From: Candidatus Omnitrophota bacterium
GTDB lineage: Bacteria > Omnitrophota > Gorgyraeia > Zapsychrales > JANLHA01
Assembly (NCBI GenBank): GCA_023139575.1
Contig: JAGLNJ010000051.1
Span: 5,926-69,925, forward strand
Length of the DNA stretch: 64,000 nt
Reading direction: 5' to 3'
Shown here: in pieces, positions 1 to 8,901 of the stretch
Numbering within the stretch: the stretch's first letter is position 1
Layout: the number at the start of each line of letters is the position of its first letter
Notes under the pieces: generated by a model
Told to the model about the DNA's origin: nothing
Seen by the model: the letters and a program-made list of their open reading frames with translations, nothing else
Database searches by the model: none
Translations under genes and position numbers: made by a program

Positions 1-1
1 A

Positions 2-3000
2 CTGCACAATATTATCGGCGTCCAGGATCTGCCCGTTATCACCCATGATAACCTTATCGCCAAAGCCCAAAATTGTCTTGAAAGAAGCGGCGCCGGCTTC
101 CCTTTGTCCTGTATAAGCTAAAACCGTGTCGGCATCAGGATTTACTTTTAAAGCTAAAGTATTTTCATCACGCGTTAAGGTGTCATTAATTCCTCTGAGA
201 ATGAAAGATTTATCGCCTTTTTGTTTATCCAAAAAGCCCGCTAAACCGTCACTAAAAAATTTCAGCGCGTCCTTATCTTTTATTTTACCTTCCAGCACAG
301 ACAGCTCTGCCGTTCTTTTATTTAACCTCTCTTTATCCGGATCGCTGCTATAATTTTTTTCTTTATCAGAAGGTGTTTTTTCTTTTTCCGTTTCGGGGCC
401 CTTCACATCCGGCCCGGCAGGGCCTCCCGCCCCCGGTATCTGTTCTTCTTGTTCAGATTTCTTTTTGTTAGTATCATATTGATCTTTAAGAATTTTATAG
501 TATTTTTTGGATATAGGGCCTGATTCATGGGCTGCTGTTCTGCGATAAGGTGTGCCGTCAACGCCAGAACTGGCGCTGGCATAAAGATTATTGGCTTCTT
601 CTTCGATACTTGAAGTTTCTTTTGAAGGCCCGGGCTCTGACTGGCTCTCTTTCTCTTTGGGTTTTTCTTTGGGCTCTGTCGACAATTCGGTCTTTTTCTC
701 TTCTGGACTATCCGCTCCCGGCTCTTTTTTATCTTTTACTTCCCCCTTTTTATCGCGGGGTTTTCTTTCGTCATGTATAATTCCATCCATATTCATATCT
801 ACACCGCCGCCTTGAAACCCTGCTTCTTCTTGCCTCTCTTTTAAAAACTCTTTAGGGTCGGTAAAAACGGCAGATATGGATACATCCTCCCATTTTATTT
901 CTTCATACATGGATTCCCGGCCAAACGTGGCGTATATATAAGAGGATTCCTTGCCGAAAACCGGAGACCTTGACGACAAAGAAATTTCATTATAGACATA
1001 AAGCGATTTATCCCCTTCACCGCTTTTACCAAAGAGCACCTGTTCATTTGCCGATGTAATAGTGACCTCCTCCCCGCCTTCACCGCTTAAGATATCTAGG
1101 AGAGCCGCCATTGTTTCATATTCTTCTATAGACTCCTCTCTTAGATCAGAATCATCCTTCAAGTAAGAAGAATCATCCATCAAATAAGAAAAATCACCCG
1201 TCAAGCCAATAGAACCCGCATACAAATCCCCAGACATCAAGCTAAAAGCGCCAGTATTCAAAGCCCCATCCAGAGCGCCTTTACCGCTGAGAACATTCAG
1301 GAGGGCCTCAGAATAGCCCCCAGCTTTGAGTTCATCCAGGAGAGCTTCATTCTTTTCATCTGAAGAGCCTCCACCGCTGAGAACGTCTATGATGGCCTCA
1401 GAATAGCCATCAGCTTTGAGCGCATTTAGGAGCGCTGCCCACTTTTCATCTGGAGAGCCTTTACCGCTGAGAACATCTATGAGGGCCTTAGAATAGCCCC
1501 CAGCGCTGAGAACTTCTAGAAAGTCAGATAATTTTTTATCCGAATTATAACTAATTGTGATACGCTTTGCCTTCTTTCCAGGCAAAAAAATACCTTTTTC
1601 CCACCCTTCTAAAAGACTGGCAATGGTAAAGCCATCCGCATCGTGGCCGCTCTCCTCGCCATAGGAAAAGGCGCTGATCTCTTCATTAAGCATTCCGTCT
1701 ACTCCTGCTAGACGTGCTAAAAGCGTGGCGTCATCTACTTTCGGTTCAACAGATAACAGGTTTTCATCCACACCTGCCAGGCGCACAAGAAACGTGGCGT
1801 CATCTTCTTTCGATTCAATAGATAATCTTTTTGCGTCTTCCCCTTCTAAAAGAGCATGGCTGGTAAAGGTATCCCTGTCACCCGCGCCCTTCTCCTCAAA
1901 GAAATAGGAGCCCGTCCCTTCAAAGTTCAGCATGACATCGGCCTTAACGCCGTCTACACCCAAGCCCGCCACGCTTGCTATAATTTCAGGGTCTTCGTCT
2001 ATCCGCCTGTGGATCTCCACCAGATCGCTATCCTTAGAAAACGGCTTAAACAGGACATTTCCAGCCTTATCCTTCACTACTATTTCTTCCGGATCGATGC
2101 CCAGCGACTCTGTTTCCTCTTCAGTAAATTTAAGGCGCGGATCATTAAAGCCCTTATGCGCTACTGGATCAACTTTGCCTTTCGCGTTTATACTATAACC
2201 CGCGCGCATGAAACTTTTTCTTTTACCGCCAAACACGCCGATCAATTCAGCATCAGTGAGCCCCGGAGTCAATGGGCTGGCATAACCCAGAAGCACCAGC
2301 AATTTATCAAAGCCTTCTCCCCCGTCATACCTTCTGATCGAGCGGTATAATCCTAAATGCGTTAACATGTCAGTATATGACTGATTCGTTGACGCGCTTG
2401 AAAGGGCAATGCCCAAACTGGCATTTACATTAGCCTGCATGTGCTTGGCCAAGACGGTGTTTAAGGCCTTCGTTGAATGGAGAACAGCGGCGCTTTCAAT
2501 AATGTCATGGCCGGCCAGGCGCAGTTGCGCGTCATAATAAACATCGCTCGGAGCGTGCTCAATATCCCCGTCGTCATACAGTTCCTGCTGTTCGGCCTTG
2601 TGCTCAGCAAGCTGGTCCTCATAATCTTCAATATCCCGGAACTCTTGAGGGCTCAACCCGGCGCGGGCGCTGGTTTCATCAGCAAAGGCGACAAAGCTGT
2701 CCGGCCCGAACACAAATTTATCGTCTGAATTAGACATGAAGGCGTGATATGTCAGTTGGCCGACGCCGTCCTCATCTGTTTTTCCTTTTGAAGCGAATCC
2801 GGCTGTCCCATTAAATGCGGGGTGGTTGCCGTCGAAAGTTGTATAAGAATAAAGAAAATCATATCCCATTTCCAGTAAGGAGTTGCCAAATACCGAAACG
2901 AAAACACTGCCGGCGCCTTTTTTATCACTTTCAGAATGATTTTTCTTGCCGTCATACATATCCGTAAAGCTTGCCGGTGTCAGGCTGGCTAATGAAGCTG

Positions 3001-5590
3001 TTATCCCCTTTGCCGCGGCTGACCCTAAAAAGAGCAATGAGCGGATCTTCAAGGTGGCTATAACTTGTTCTTCTCCACTCGATAAACCGCTATCGGCATG
3101 GTCCTTCCCCACATTATTATCAATAACGGCGGCGATTCCTACGGTAATCAGAGACTGCAACAAAGATTTGAGCATCTCACCGCCAATGGTACACTCAACT
3201 ATTTCTCCCTTAGAATTGGCATATGTCCCCAACGGAGTACCGTCTTTCTCATCTCCTGCGCTGGCGATATAGAGGATAGCGGCTAAATTAGCCCCCAGTT
3301 CTCCCACAGCCTCGGAAAGAAGCGATTCCGTGTCAACATCGAACTCATCAGCCGCCAGTCTGCGCAGATAATAGGATGCCAGGCTTTTTGTAATTGTCAT
3401 ACCGGCGGATTTCGCCCAATTGATTAAAGAAACAACCGCCGTATTATAAACATCAACCCTAGGGCCGCCGGCATCGACTTCTCCCTTGTGCGTGAGGCCC
3501 ATAAAATCTCTGAAATACGTGCCGCACGTTTCGTCTGCGATATGAGCAAAAGAAGTCATAGCGAAGGATGTGGCTATAGAAGTAATCGCCCCTGCCAAGG
3601 CGGATCTCAACTGCGGATCCATATCCTCATCAAGGTGTTCATAAACATAATCTGATATTTCCCTGCTTATGTATGCCTTCACCAGACCTTGCGCGAAACC
3701 GTGCGCGAAACCGGTAAAAAAGACTTTTGTCATACTCATTCTGGTAATATCCAAGGCCGCCTTATTAACAACTTGCTTTTTAACCGTATTCGAAACTGTA
3801 GATGTCCCTGAAGTCCTGAACAATCTGGCAACTTTTGCTTTTGCCTTGCTCCAGGTTTTGGCCGCCCACTTCCCGGCAGCAGAATTGGCGATTTTATCCC
3901 CCGCCACCTGTAATAATGTCCTTTCAGCAGTGCTAGCCCCGGCTTGGGGGGCCATCGCAAGATCAACGAAAACTTGTGATGCTTGGGCTGCTTGGGTGGC
4001 GGTCCCCCCTGAAGTCATAACATCACCCGCTATTTCTCCTGCCTGTGCAGCGAGTTCTTGTGAAGCCCCTGCATTAATGGCTTGGGCTGCCCCTTCTCCT
4101 GCGGCGGCCGAAGCTGCGGCATCTCCCCCCGATTTTACAAAGTCTTTTCCTGCTGCTTCTCCTGCAGCCTTTGCCATTTCTTGCGTTCCCCCGCTCTTGA
4201 CTGTGTCGGACGCCGCTTGTCCTGCGGCGACTTTTGATCCTTCCGTTGCCCCTTCTCGTAATCCTTCTGCAACTATAGCCTGTTCCGCCGCCAACGCTGC
4301 GGCCTGCGCGACCATTAAACAGCTAAAACCCACTGTCAATGCTATAGTCAGGGCGGTTCCCACCAGCATCGCCGTACCGGGGTCACAAGATCCGGTAACT
4401 TGACAAGCTTGAGCCCAGGTGCTGGTCATCTCGCTTCCGGCAACTCCCATCACTGCAACTACCGCCCCACCTGAGGCACCTACAGCTCCCAGAGAGCCCA
4501 TCCACCCTCCAAAAGCGATAGATACAACGGATATCACAATATGAAGCATCATAGCGCTGCCGCTGATAAAGCCGGGCAGGTCGTCGGATTTATCTACCCA
4601 GGCATTGCCCCAAACAAAGGCCTTTTGGGCATCCGGGATAATTTGGCAGGCTATTTTTTGTTTATCTAAATCCGGAGCTAAAACAAAACCGCTGAACTGT
4701 CCCAAAAACTCTTCAATTGTAAGGATCCTGAGTTTGCCGATATCTGTAATAATCACTTCATCGTTTTCTTTGTCAACGCTCTTGACCATAACAAAGTGCT
4801 CAGGATCCAGGTTGGCAATAAAAGGCGTCTGGATCTTAAGGGCATCCTTATCTGACACTTTCGCCGCAATAAGATTAAGGCCATAAGGCTGGGCAATTTT
4901 ATCCATCGCGAACAAGGACGTCTTCAACTCAGGTTCGCCCGGCTTTACAATCTCGTTCAAAAGATCAACAATGAGCGTCGCTTGCGACAATTCTTCCAAC
5001 GTTTGATAAATATTTCGGCTTGCCAAAAGGTCTCGTAACGCATAAATACCGCAATTCAACGGATGAATGTCAGGATCCTGCAACCAGGATGCCACCTGGT
5101 TTATGCTGTTTTCATCGAATCGCAGCTTAGTCTCCAGGGAGATTTTCTTCGGCTCTTTGCCAACCATTTTGCCGCCTTCAATTCTTGTGTCAGATATATA
5201 GATATTAACACGGGGATTATCGCGGTAAGCAACTTGGCCTAAAAACTTGCGCATGGCTTTAGCTAATTCAAGGGATAATTCTTCAGCAGTCATCGGCTCT
5301 GGAAAGAGAAAAGGCAGGTCTAACGGGTTCTCTTGCGGGGCTTGAAACTTTTCAGCTCCCCACAAAACACGGGGATCATAGCTTAACGCCCAGGAAATCT
5401 GTTCAGGCACAAACACTAACACAACGAGCAGGGCAATAGTTCGCAGCCAAGTTTTAAAACGGCTCTTGAAAGGCTGCTCCGGCTTTTTATCTAAAACGAA
5501 GGCAGAGAAGTCCCCATGATCAATATTATTAATAATATTGCTATTATTTACACTTTGGGAGCCTGCATTATTGTCCAATCTGTCTTCCAT
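2..5590 (-). CDS. Giant exported protein, 3'-incomplete (>=1863 aa): signal/TM segment, C39-like cysteine peptidase domain, hydrophobic and Gly/Ala-rich region, internal repeats
   Basis: Manual translation from ATG 5590 (MEDRLDNNAGSQ...) stays open to the window edge. N-terminal FKTWLRTIALLVVLVFVPEQISWA; C39 motifs LNCGIYAL (C180), TSLFAMDKIAQPYGL, PFIANLDPEHFVMV (H265), VIITD (D283), LTIEEFLGQFSGFVL. The ORF track probably misses it because there is no stop codon in the window. Confidence 0.93.
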   Translation of the reverse strand, partial: MEDRLDNNAGSQSVNNSNIINNIDHGDFSAFVLDKKPEQPFKSRFKTWLRTIALLVVLVFVPEQISWALSYDPRVLWGAEKFQAPQENPLDLPFLFPEPMTAEELSLELAKAMRKFLGQVAYRDNPRVNIYISDTRIEGGKMVGKEPKKISLETKLRFDENSINQVASWLQDPDIHPLNCGIYALRDLLASRNIYQTLEELSQATLIVDLLNEIVKPGEPELKTSLFAMDKIAQPYGLNLIAAKVSDKDALKIQTPFIANLDPEHFVMVKSVDKENDEVIITDIGKLRILTIEEFLGQFSGFVLAPDLDKQKIACQIIPDAQKAFVWGNAWVDKSDDLPGFISGSAMMLHIVISVVSIAFGGWMGSLGAVGASGGAVVAVMGVAGSEMTSTWAQACQVTGSCDPGTAMLVGTALTIALTVGFSCLMVAQAAALAAEQAIVAEGLREGATEGSKVAAGQAASDTVKSGGTQEMAKAAGEAAGKDFVKSGGDAAASAAAGEGAAQAINAGASQELAAQAGEIAGDVMTSGGTATQAAQASQVFVDLAMAPQAGASTAERTLLQVAGDKIANSAAGKWAAKTWSKAKAKVARLFRTSGTSTVSNTVKKQVVNKAALDITRMSMTKVFFTGFAHGFAQGLVKAYISREISDYVYEHLDEDMDPQLRSALAGAITSIATSFAMTSFAHIADETCGTYFRDFMGLTHKGEVDAGGPRVDVYNTAVVSLINWAKSAGMTITKSLASYYLRRLAADEFDVDTESLLSEAVGELGANLAAILYIASAGDEKDGTPLGTYANSKGEIVECTIGGEMLKSLLQSLITVGIAAVIDNNVGKDHADSGLSSGEEQVIATLKIRSLLFLGSAAAKGITASLASLTPASFTDMYDGKKNHSESDKKGAGSVFVSVFGNSLLEMGYDFLYSYTTFDGNHPAFNGTAGFASKGKTDEDGVGQLTYHAFMSNSDDKFVFGPDSFVAFADETSARAGLSPQEFRDIEDYEDQLAEHKAEQQELYDDGDIEHAPSDVYYDAQLRLAGHDIIESAAVLHSTKALNTVLAKHMQANVNASLGIALSSASTNQSYTDMLTHLGLYRSIRRYDGGEGFDKLLVLLGYASPLTPGLTDAELIGVFGGKRKSFMRAGYSINAKGKVDPVAHKGFNDPRLKFTEEETESLGIDPEEIVVKDKAGNVLFKPFSKDSDLVEIHRRIDEDPEIIASVAGLGVDGVKADVMLNFEGTGSYFFEEKGAGDRDTFTSHALLEGEDAKRLSIESKEDDATFLVRLAGVDENLLSVEPKVDDATLLARLAGVDGMLNEEISAFSYGEESGHDADGFTIASLLEGWEKGIFLPGKKAKRITISYNSDKKLSDFLEVLSAGGYSKALIDVLSGKGSPDEKWAALLNALKADGYSEAIIDVLSGGGSSDEKNEALLDELKAGGYSEALLNVLSGKGALDGALNTGAFSLMSGDLYAGSIGLTGDFSYLMDDSSYLKDDSDLREESIEEYETMAALLDILSGEGGEEVTITSANEQVLFGKSGEGDKSLYVYNEISLSSRSPVFGKESSYIYATFGRESMYEEIKWEDVSISAVFTDPKEFLKERQEEAGFQGGGVDMNMDGIIHDERKPRDKKGEVKDKKEPGADSPEEKKTELSTEPKEKPKEKESQSEPGPSKETSSIEEEANNLYASASSGVDGTPYRRTAAHESGPISKKYYKILKDQYDTNKKKSEQEEQIPGAGGPAGPDVKGPETEKEKTPSDKEKNYSSDPDKERLNKRTAELSVLEGKIKDKDALKFFSDGLAGFLDKQKGDKSFILRGINDTLTRDENTLALKVNPDADTVLAYTGQREAGAASFKTILGFGDKVIMGDNGQILDADNIVQ
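1270..1521 (-). repeat. ~2.8 copies of a 90-bp (30-aa) in-frame tandem repeat in the giant gene
   Basis: LEVLSAGGYSKALIDVLSGKGSPDEKWAAL / LNALKADGYSEAIIDVLSGGGSSDEKNEAL / LDELKAGGYSEALLNVLSGKGA; 'ccgctgagaac' and 'agaatagcc' recur at 90-bp spacing. Confidence 0.9.
1696..1825 (-). repeat. Two copies of a 69-bp (23-aa) in-frame repeat in the giant gene
   Basis: LSIESKEDDATFLVRLAGVDENL / LSVEPKVDDATLLARLAGVDG; 'cgtggcgtcatct' at 1724 and 1793. Confidence 0.85.
3975..4261 (-). repeat. ~5 degenerate 20-21-aa Ala/Gly-rich repeats in the giant gene
   Basis: LREGATEGSKVAAGQAASDT / VKSGGTQEMAKAAGEAAGKDF / VKSGGDAAASAAAGEGAAQA / INAGASQELAAQAGEIAGDV / MTSGGTATQAAQASQ. Confidence 0.75.
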
Positions 5591-5691
5591 AATTTAGTTT
5601 TTTAGTTTCGAATGTCCAGACTTATTTGCTCGTTTATTTTCTCCCCCAAGAAAATGCGCCAAAATGACGAGAAATAAATTGGAACGACTTG

Positions 5692-5811
5692 GCTGGATTC
5701 TAACTCGTGAGGAAGGCAGAATCCAGCTCTCTCGTTTAATTCAAATCGAGAGAAAAGAGCGGCTGTGATACATTGAACCTTGTATAATAATCGTCTACGA
5801 CCAAGACGATT
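5692..5811 (-). promoter_or_regulatory. Three consecutive hairpins in the giant-gene 5' leader
   Basis: GCTGGATTCT/AGAATCCAGC (5692-5727), TCTCTCG/CGAGAGA (5728-5753), AATCGTCT/AGACGATT (5789-5811). Confidence 0.65.
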
Positions 5812-5889
5812 TGATGAAGCTAAAATTTTGTTTTTTTGTATGCTATTCTTGATTTTTCGCATGTTGCTTTAGGTTTAATGCCATCCATT

Positions 5890-5921
5890 AAAAAAGGACT
5901 ACCGTGTATTATGGTAGTCCT
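5890..5921 (-). terminator. Intrinsic terminator inside the giant-gene leader (candidate attenuator)
   Basis: Minus strand AGGACTACC-ATAATACAC-GGTAGTCCT-TTTTT. Confidence 0.8.
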
Positions 5922-5930
5922 ATAGAATAT

Positions 5931-5987
5931 TCACCTATCAGGCTGTTTTTGCTGAGTTGTTTTTGTGACCGTCGCGGTTAGCCGCAT
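5931..5987 (-). CDS. Putative leader peptide (uORF), 18 aa, MRLTATVTKTTQQKQPDR
   Basis: GGAG just upstream of ATG 5987; lies between the promoter at 6039-6066 and the terminator at 5890-5921. Confidence 0.55.
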   Translation of the reverse strand: MRLTATVTKTTQQKQPDR

Positions 5988-6038
5988 TCTCACTCCATGT
6001 TTAAATGAATTTAAACCAACTCTGAACTATGCCTTATA

Positions 6039-6066
6039 AGTATAACATAATAATATATATTGACAA
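6039..6066 (-). promoter_or_regulatory. Sigma70-type promoter for the giant-gene leader
   Basis: TTGTCA (6066-6061)-N16-TATACT (6044-6039) with extended -10 TG. Confidence 0.65.
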
Positions 6067-6422
6067 GCTTGCGAATAAATTTTTTTAAGATACATCTTGT
6101 TGGTATATATTAAGTTACAATCTTATCAAAAAACTCTTTCACATAAAAAATAATAATTTTTCGGGTAATAATATTGCAAACGCTTTCTTTCCATCCCATA
6201 GAACGCATAAATTTACATTATATACAAGGAACCCCTTTCACTCCACCTTATTCCATATGTTGCGGAGAAAGAAATTTGTTTCAATTATAAAACCACAAAA
6301 GTTACATTGGTAAACCATTGTTTAATTTTTTGTTCAAACTAAGGAAGTATTAACAAGCCTTAAAGTAGATTGGACATTTGATTCGAATTCAAAAGCGCTG
6401 CAGTATTGACATTTATAGCTGC

Positions 6423-6457
6423 AAAAAGGGCGCATTACTTATTTAGAATGCGCCCTT
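6423..6457 (-). terminator. Intrinsic terminator after tadC
   Basis: GGGCGCATT/AATGCGCCC stem followed by a T-run on the minus strand. Confidence 0.85.
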
Positions 6458-6477
6458 GGATAAAATATCTTATTTTT

Positions 6478-7368
6478 TTATTCTTCTATCTTACTGGTCA
6501 TCTGATCCATTGGATTAGTTTCTAAAAATTGCAGAAAAATCGGCCCCGCAACCAAAATACCAACAGTAGGAAAGATAAAGAATAATAGCGGAACTAAAAG
6601 TTTCAACGGCGCTTTCATAGCCATTTTCTCGCCCCTTCGATAACGCGAAGTACGCATATCTTCCGAAAGCATGTTCAGAGCCTCTGAAACAGACGTTCCC
6701 ATTTTGTCCGCCTGAATAAGCGTTCGGGAAAAAGTAGCCAGTTCCGCAAGATCATATTTAGATGAAAGGTCTTTTAAAGCGTCTCTGCGCGTTTTACCGA
6801 CATTAATCTCCTGAAGCAAAGTGTTGAGCTCACTTACCATGACAGAGGGAGGGGATTTCTCGACAACCCATTTTAACGCCAACATAAAGTCCAAGCCGGC
6901 ATTGACACAAAGACCTAATAAGTCAATGGCGTCCGGCAATTCTTTAACCATAACCCCCTTCACGAAGCGTATCTTTCCCTTCAACCAATATTCGGGAAGC
7001 ATATAGCCAAAGCAAAAGCTCATCAAAAACCAGAAAATCATCATGTCAGGCTTAATCATCGGATAAGAAATGGCCAAAACAAAAATGATGCACACTTCTT
7101 TAATGAAAAAAAATTCTTCCGGCGAAATCGGAAGGTGAGCCACAGACAAATCTTTAACAATTCTCGTTCTCAGCTTGCCGGAGCAAAACGGTTTATTTAT
7201 CAAAGCAATCTTCCTGAATATCGATTGTTTTTTTCCTTTACTATCCCCATCGGAAGAGGCATAACCCAGAGCCTCCAGAGTGGGTCGGCTTTCCCAACCT
7301 AAGGGAAAAAGGCCGAGAATAAAACTGAACCCCGAAAGAAATACCATCGTCAATATAAAAATAATCAT
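6478..7368 (-). CDS. tadC: Tad pilus inner-membrane platform protein TadC (T2SSF family)
   Basis: ELPDAIDLLGLCVNAGL, GKTRRDAL, LIQADKMGTSVSEAL, KLLVPLLFFIFP. Confidence 0.93.
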   Translation of the reverse strand: MIIFILTMVFLSGFSFILGLFPLGWESRPTLEALGYASSDGDSKGKKQSIFRKIALINKPFCSGKLRTRIVKDLSVAHLPISPEEFFFIKEVCIIFVLAISYPMIKPDMMIFWFLMSFCFGYMLPEYWLKGKIRFVKGVMVKELPDAIDLLGLCVNAGLDFMLALKWVVEKSPPSVMVSELNTLLQEINVGKTRRDALKDLSSKYDLAELATFSRTLIQADKMGTSVSEALNMLSEDMRTSRYRRGEKMAMKAPLKLLVPLLFFIFPTVGILVAGPIFLQFLETNPMDQMTSKIEE

Positions 7369-7430
7369 GTCTTTCTACCCTTTCATTAACCCCTCTTTGC
7401 TGACAGCTCAGGCGGCTGAGAGCTCGCCTA

Positions 7431-8285
7431 TTAGTAGTCCTTCGACGTGCTGATCTTCCAAATCATAGCGGCGCCGATGATCTCGGAAAATGCCGCATAA
7501 ATCAAAAGAGCCCGTCCATTCTGCGACTGGATCATATGATTAAAAAATGTCGGGTTCGCTCCGTATACAATAAAGAAAAAAGCCACCGGAAGCAATGACA
7601 TAACAACGCCCTGAATTTTACCTTGTATTGTCAACGTGTCAATTTGCCCCTGAACGCGCTTCTGTTCACGAATAACACCCACAATACGAGAAAAGATAGC
7701 GGGTAAATTACCTCCTGTCTCTCTCGCCAGAAGAATGGCTGTTGTCATCTGCTGCAAAGCCGACGACGGCATGCGATTGTATAAATGGTTGAACGCCTCT
7801 TCTAAGGAAACTCCCATTTTATTCTCGCCGAGAACCGTCCCGAACTCTTGATTGATAGGGTCCGGCATTTCTTCGACGACCGCTTCCATGGCCTGAATTA
7901 AACTCAACCCACCTCTAAAAGAACTCGACATAATCATCAAGGCATCAATTAACTGATTATTAAATTTTCTTCTATTGCCCTGCAACAAGGCCTTTGTATA
8001 AAGCCCCGGAAACAAAACACCAAAGGCTATGCCGATAACAATGCTGAAAACGCGCACTTGCGCCGGAGCTATCGCATAGCCGATCGCGCCGCCAACGAGA
8101 GGAGCTAAAAGATATACTTGTGAAATTTTTTGAATCTGCTGACGAGGAATTATCCTGTCCAATTTGTTGGACAATTTTTGGGCTCGCTTTTGACTTAAAC
8201 CCACTGTTTTATTATAGACGGTAGGCACCACAGAATACCCTATTAAGGCCGCGGTACAAAAAACTAAAAATAATGTGATCGCCAT
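7431..8285 (-). CDS. tadB: Tad pilus inner-membrane platform protein TadB
   Basis: FNNQLIDALMIMSSSFRGGLSLIQAM, ETGGNL, LTIQGKIQG. Confidence 0.93.
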   Translation of the reverse strand: MAITLFLVFCTAALIGYSVVPTVYNKTVGLSQKRAQKLSNKLDRIIPRQQIQKISQVYLLAPLVGGAIGYAIAPAQVRVFSIVIGIAFGVLFPGLYTKALLQGNRRKFNNQLIDALMIMSSSFRGGLSLIQAMEAVVEEMPDPINQEFGTVLGENKMGVSLEEAFNHLYNRMPSSALQQMTTAILLARETGGNLPAIFSRIVGVIREQKRVQGQIDTLTIQGKIQGVVMSLLPVAFFFIVYGANPTFFNHMIQSQNGRALLIYAAFSEIIGAAMIWKISTSKDY

Positions 8286-8366
8286 TTTGTTTCCTTACTT
8301 TTTTACTTTAAAAAAGCCGCTCTGAAACCTCTTTTCTTAGTCCTCTTCTTCAGGGGGGCATTTTCC

Positions 8367-8879
8367 TTATTCCTTAATACCCCAGCACATATTGCTATTA
8401 CAATTTTCGCTTCTGCAATCTGCTATGCAGATCTGACACTTTGTAGCATATTCATCATGATCTTTCGGCAAATCGCAATCACAATTAGCGCGAAAGCACT
8501 GTGATCCCACCCATATATTCATGGCTCCATCTGCCTGGGCGCAGGTATCACATATCGGTTCTCCGACAGGAATCGGACTACAAGGCGGATCATCAAGCGT
8601 GCAGCAGGGTACCAGCCATCCGGGCATTGTATAAACATTCAGGCCCCCCGTAATCACTACAGAATCATAAAAACATTCTTCCGTCGCGTTCGGATCATAC
8701 TGCTTGCCGTGGCCGAAAGAATTACCGGCATTACGCCATTGACCGGACAAACCTCGTGCTAAATATTTTTGGAAAACAAAAAATGTGCTGGCAATAAAGA
8801 ACATGACAAACATATATTCCAAGGCCGAAACTGCTTTTTTATTGTTTGCATTAGTAAATAATATTTTCTTTTTATTCAT
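8367..8879 (-). CDS. Minor pilin-like protein with Cys-rich C-terminal domain (14 Cys)
   Basis: Class III signal KKA^VSALEY plus hydrophobic helix; YLARGLSGQW...QYDP motif shared with neighbouring pilins. Confidence 0.8.
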   Translation of the reverse strand: MNKKKILFTNANNKKAVSALEYMFVMFFIASTFFVFQKYLARGLSGQWRNAGNSFGHGKQYDPNATEECFYDSVVITGGLNVYTMPGWLVPCCTLDDPPCSPIPVGEPICDTCAQADGAMNIWVGSQCFRANCDCDLPKDHDEYATKCQICIADCRSENCNSNMCWGIKE

Positions 8880-8901
8880 CTCTTATTCTTATTCGATTTG
8901 T

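Noticed and set aside
1270-1521. Periodic repeats considered as a CRISPR array
   Set aside because: In-frame coding repeats without unique spacers; no cas genes in the window.
126-4886. ORF-track calls in 1-5 kb, e.g. 3669-4403 (+), 244 aa
   Set aside because: Antisense or off-frame shadows of the continuous minus-strand giant ORF.
5521-5540. Perfect 20-bp palindrome CAATATTATTAATAATATTG in the start of the giant gene
   Set aside because: Very AT-rich, encodes an Asn/Ile run and has no second copy, so chance is plausible.
5591-5625. TAAAAAACTAA resembling a preQ1-I riboswitch tail
   Set aside because: No matching P1 stem or UUC loop, and no queuosine gene context.
5602-5862. 86-aa minus-strand ORF upstream of the giant gene
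   Set aside because: No SD or recognisable motif, and it overlaps three strong hairpins. More likely untranslated leader, though not excluded.
5895-5906. ops-like ACGGTAG
   Set aside because: Only a partial match to GGCGGTAG, and fully explained as the terminator arm.
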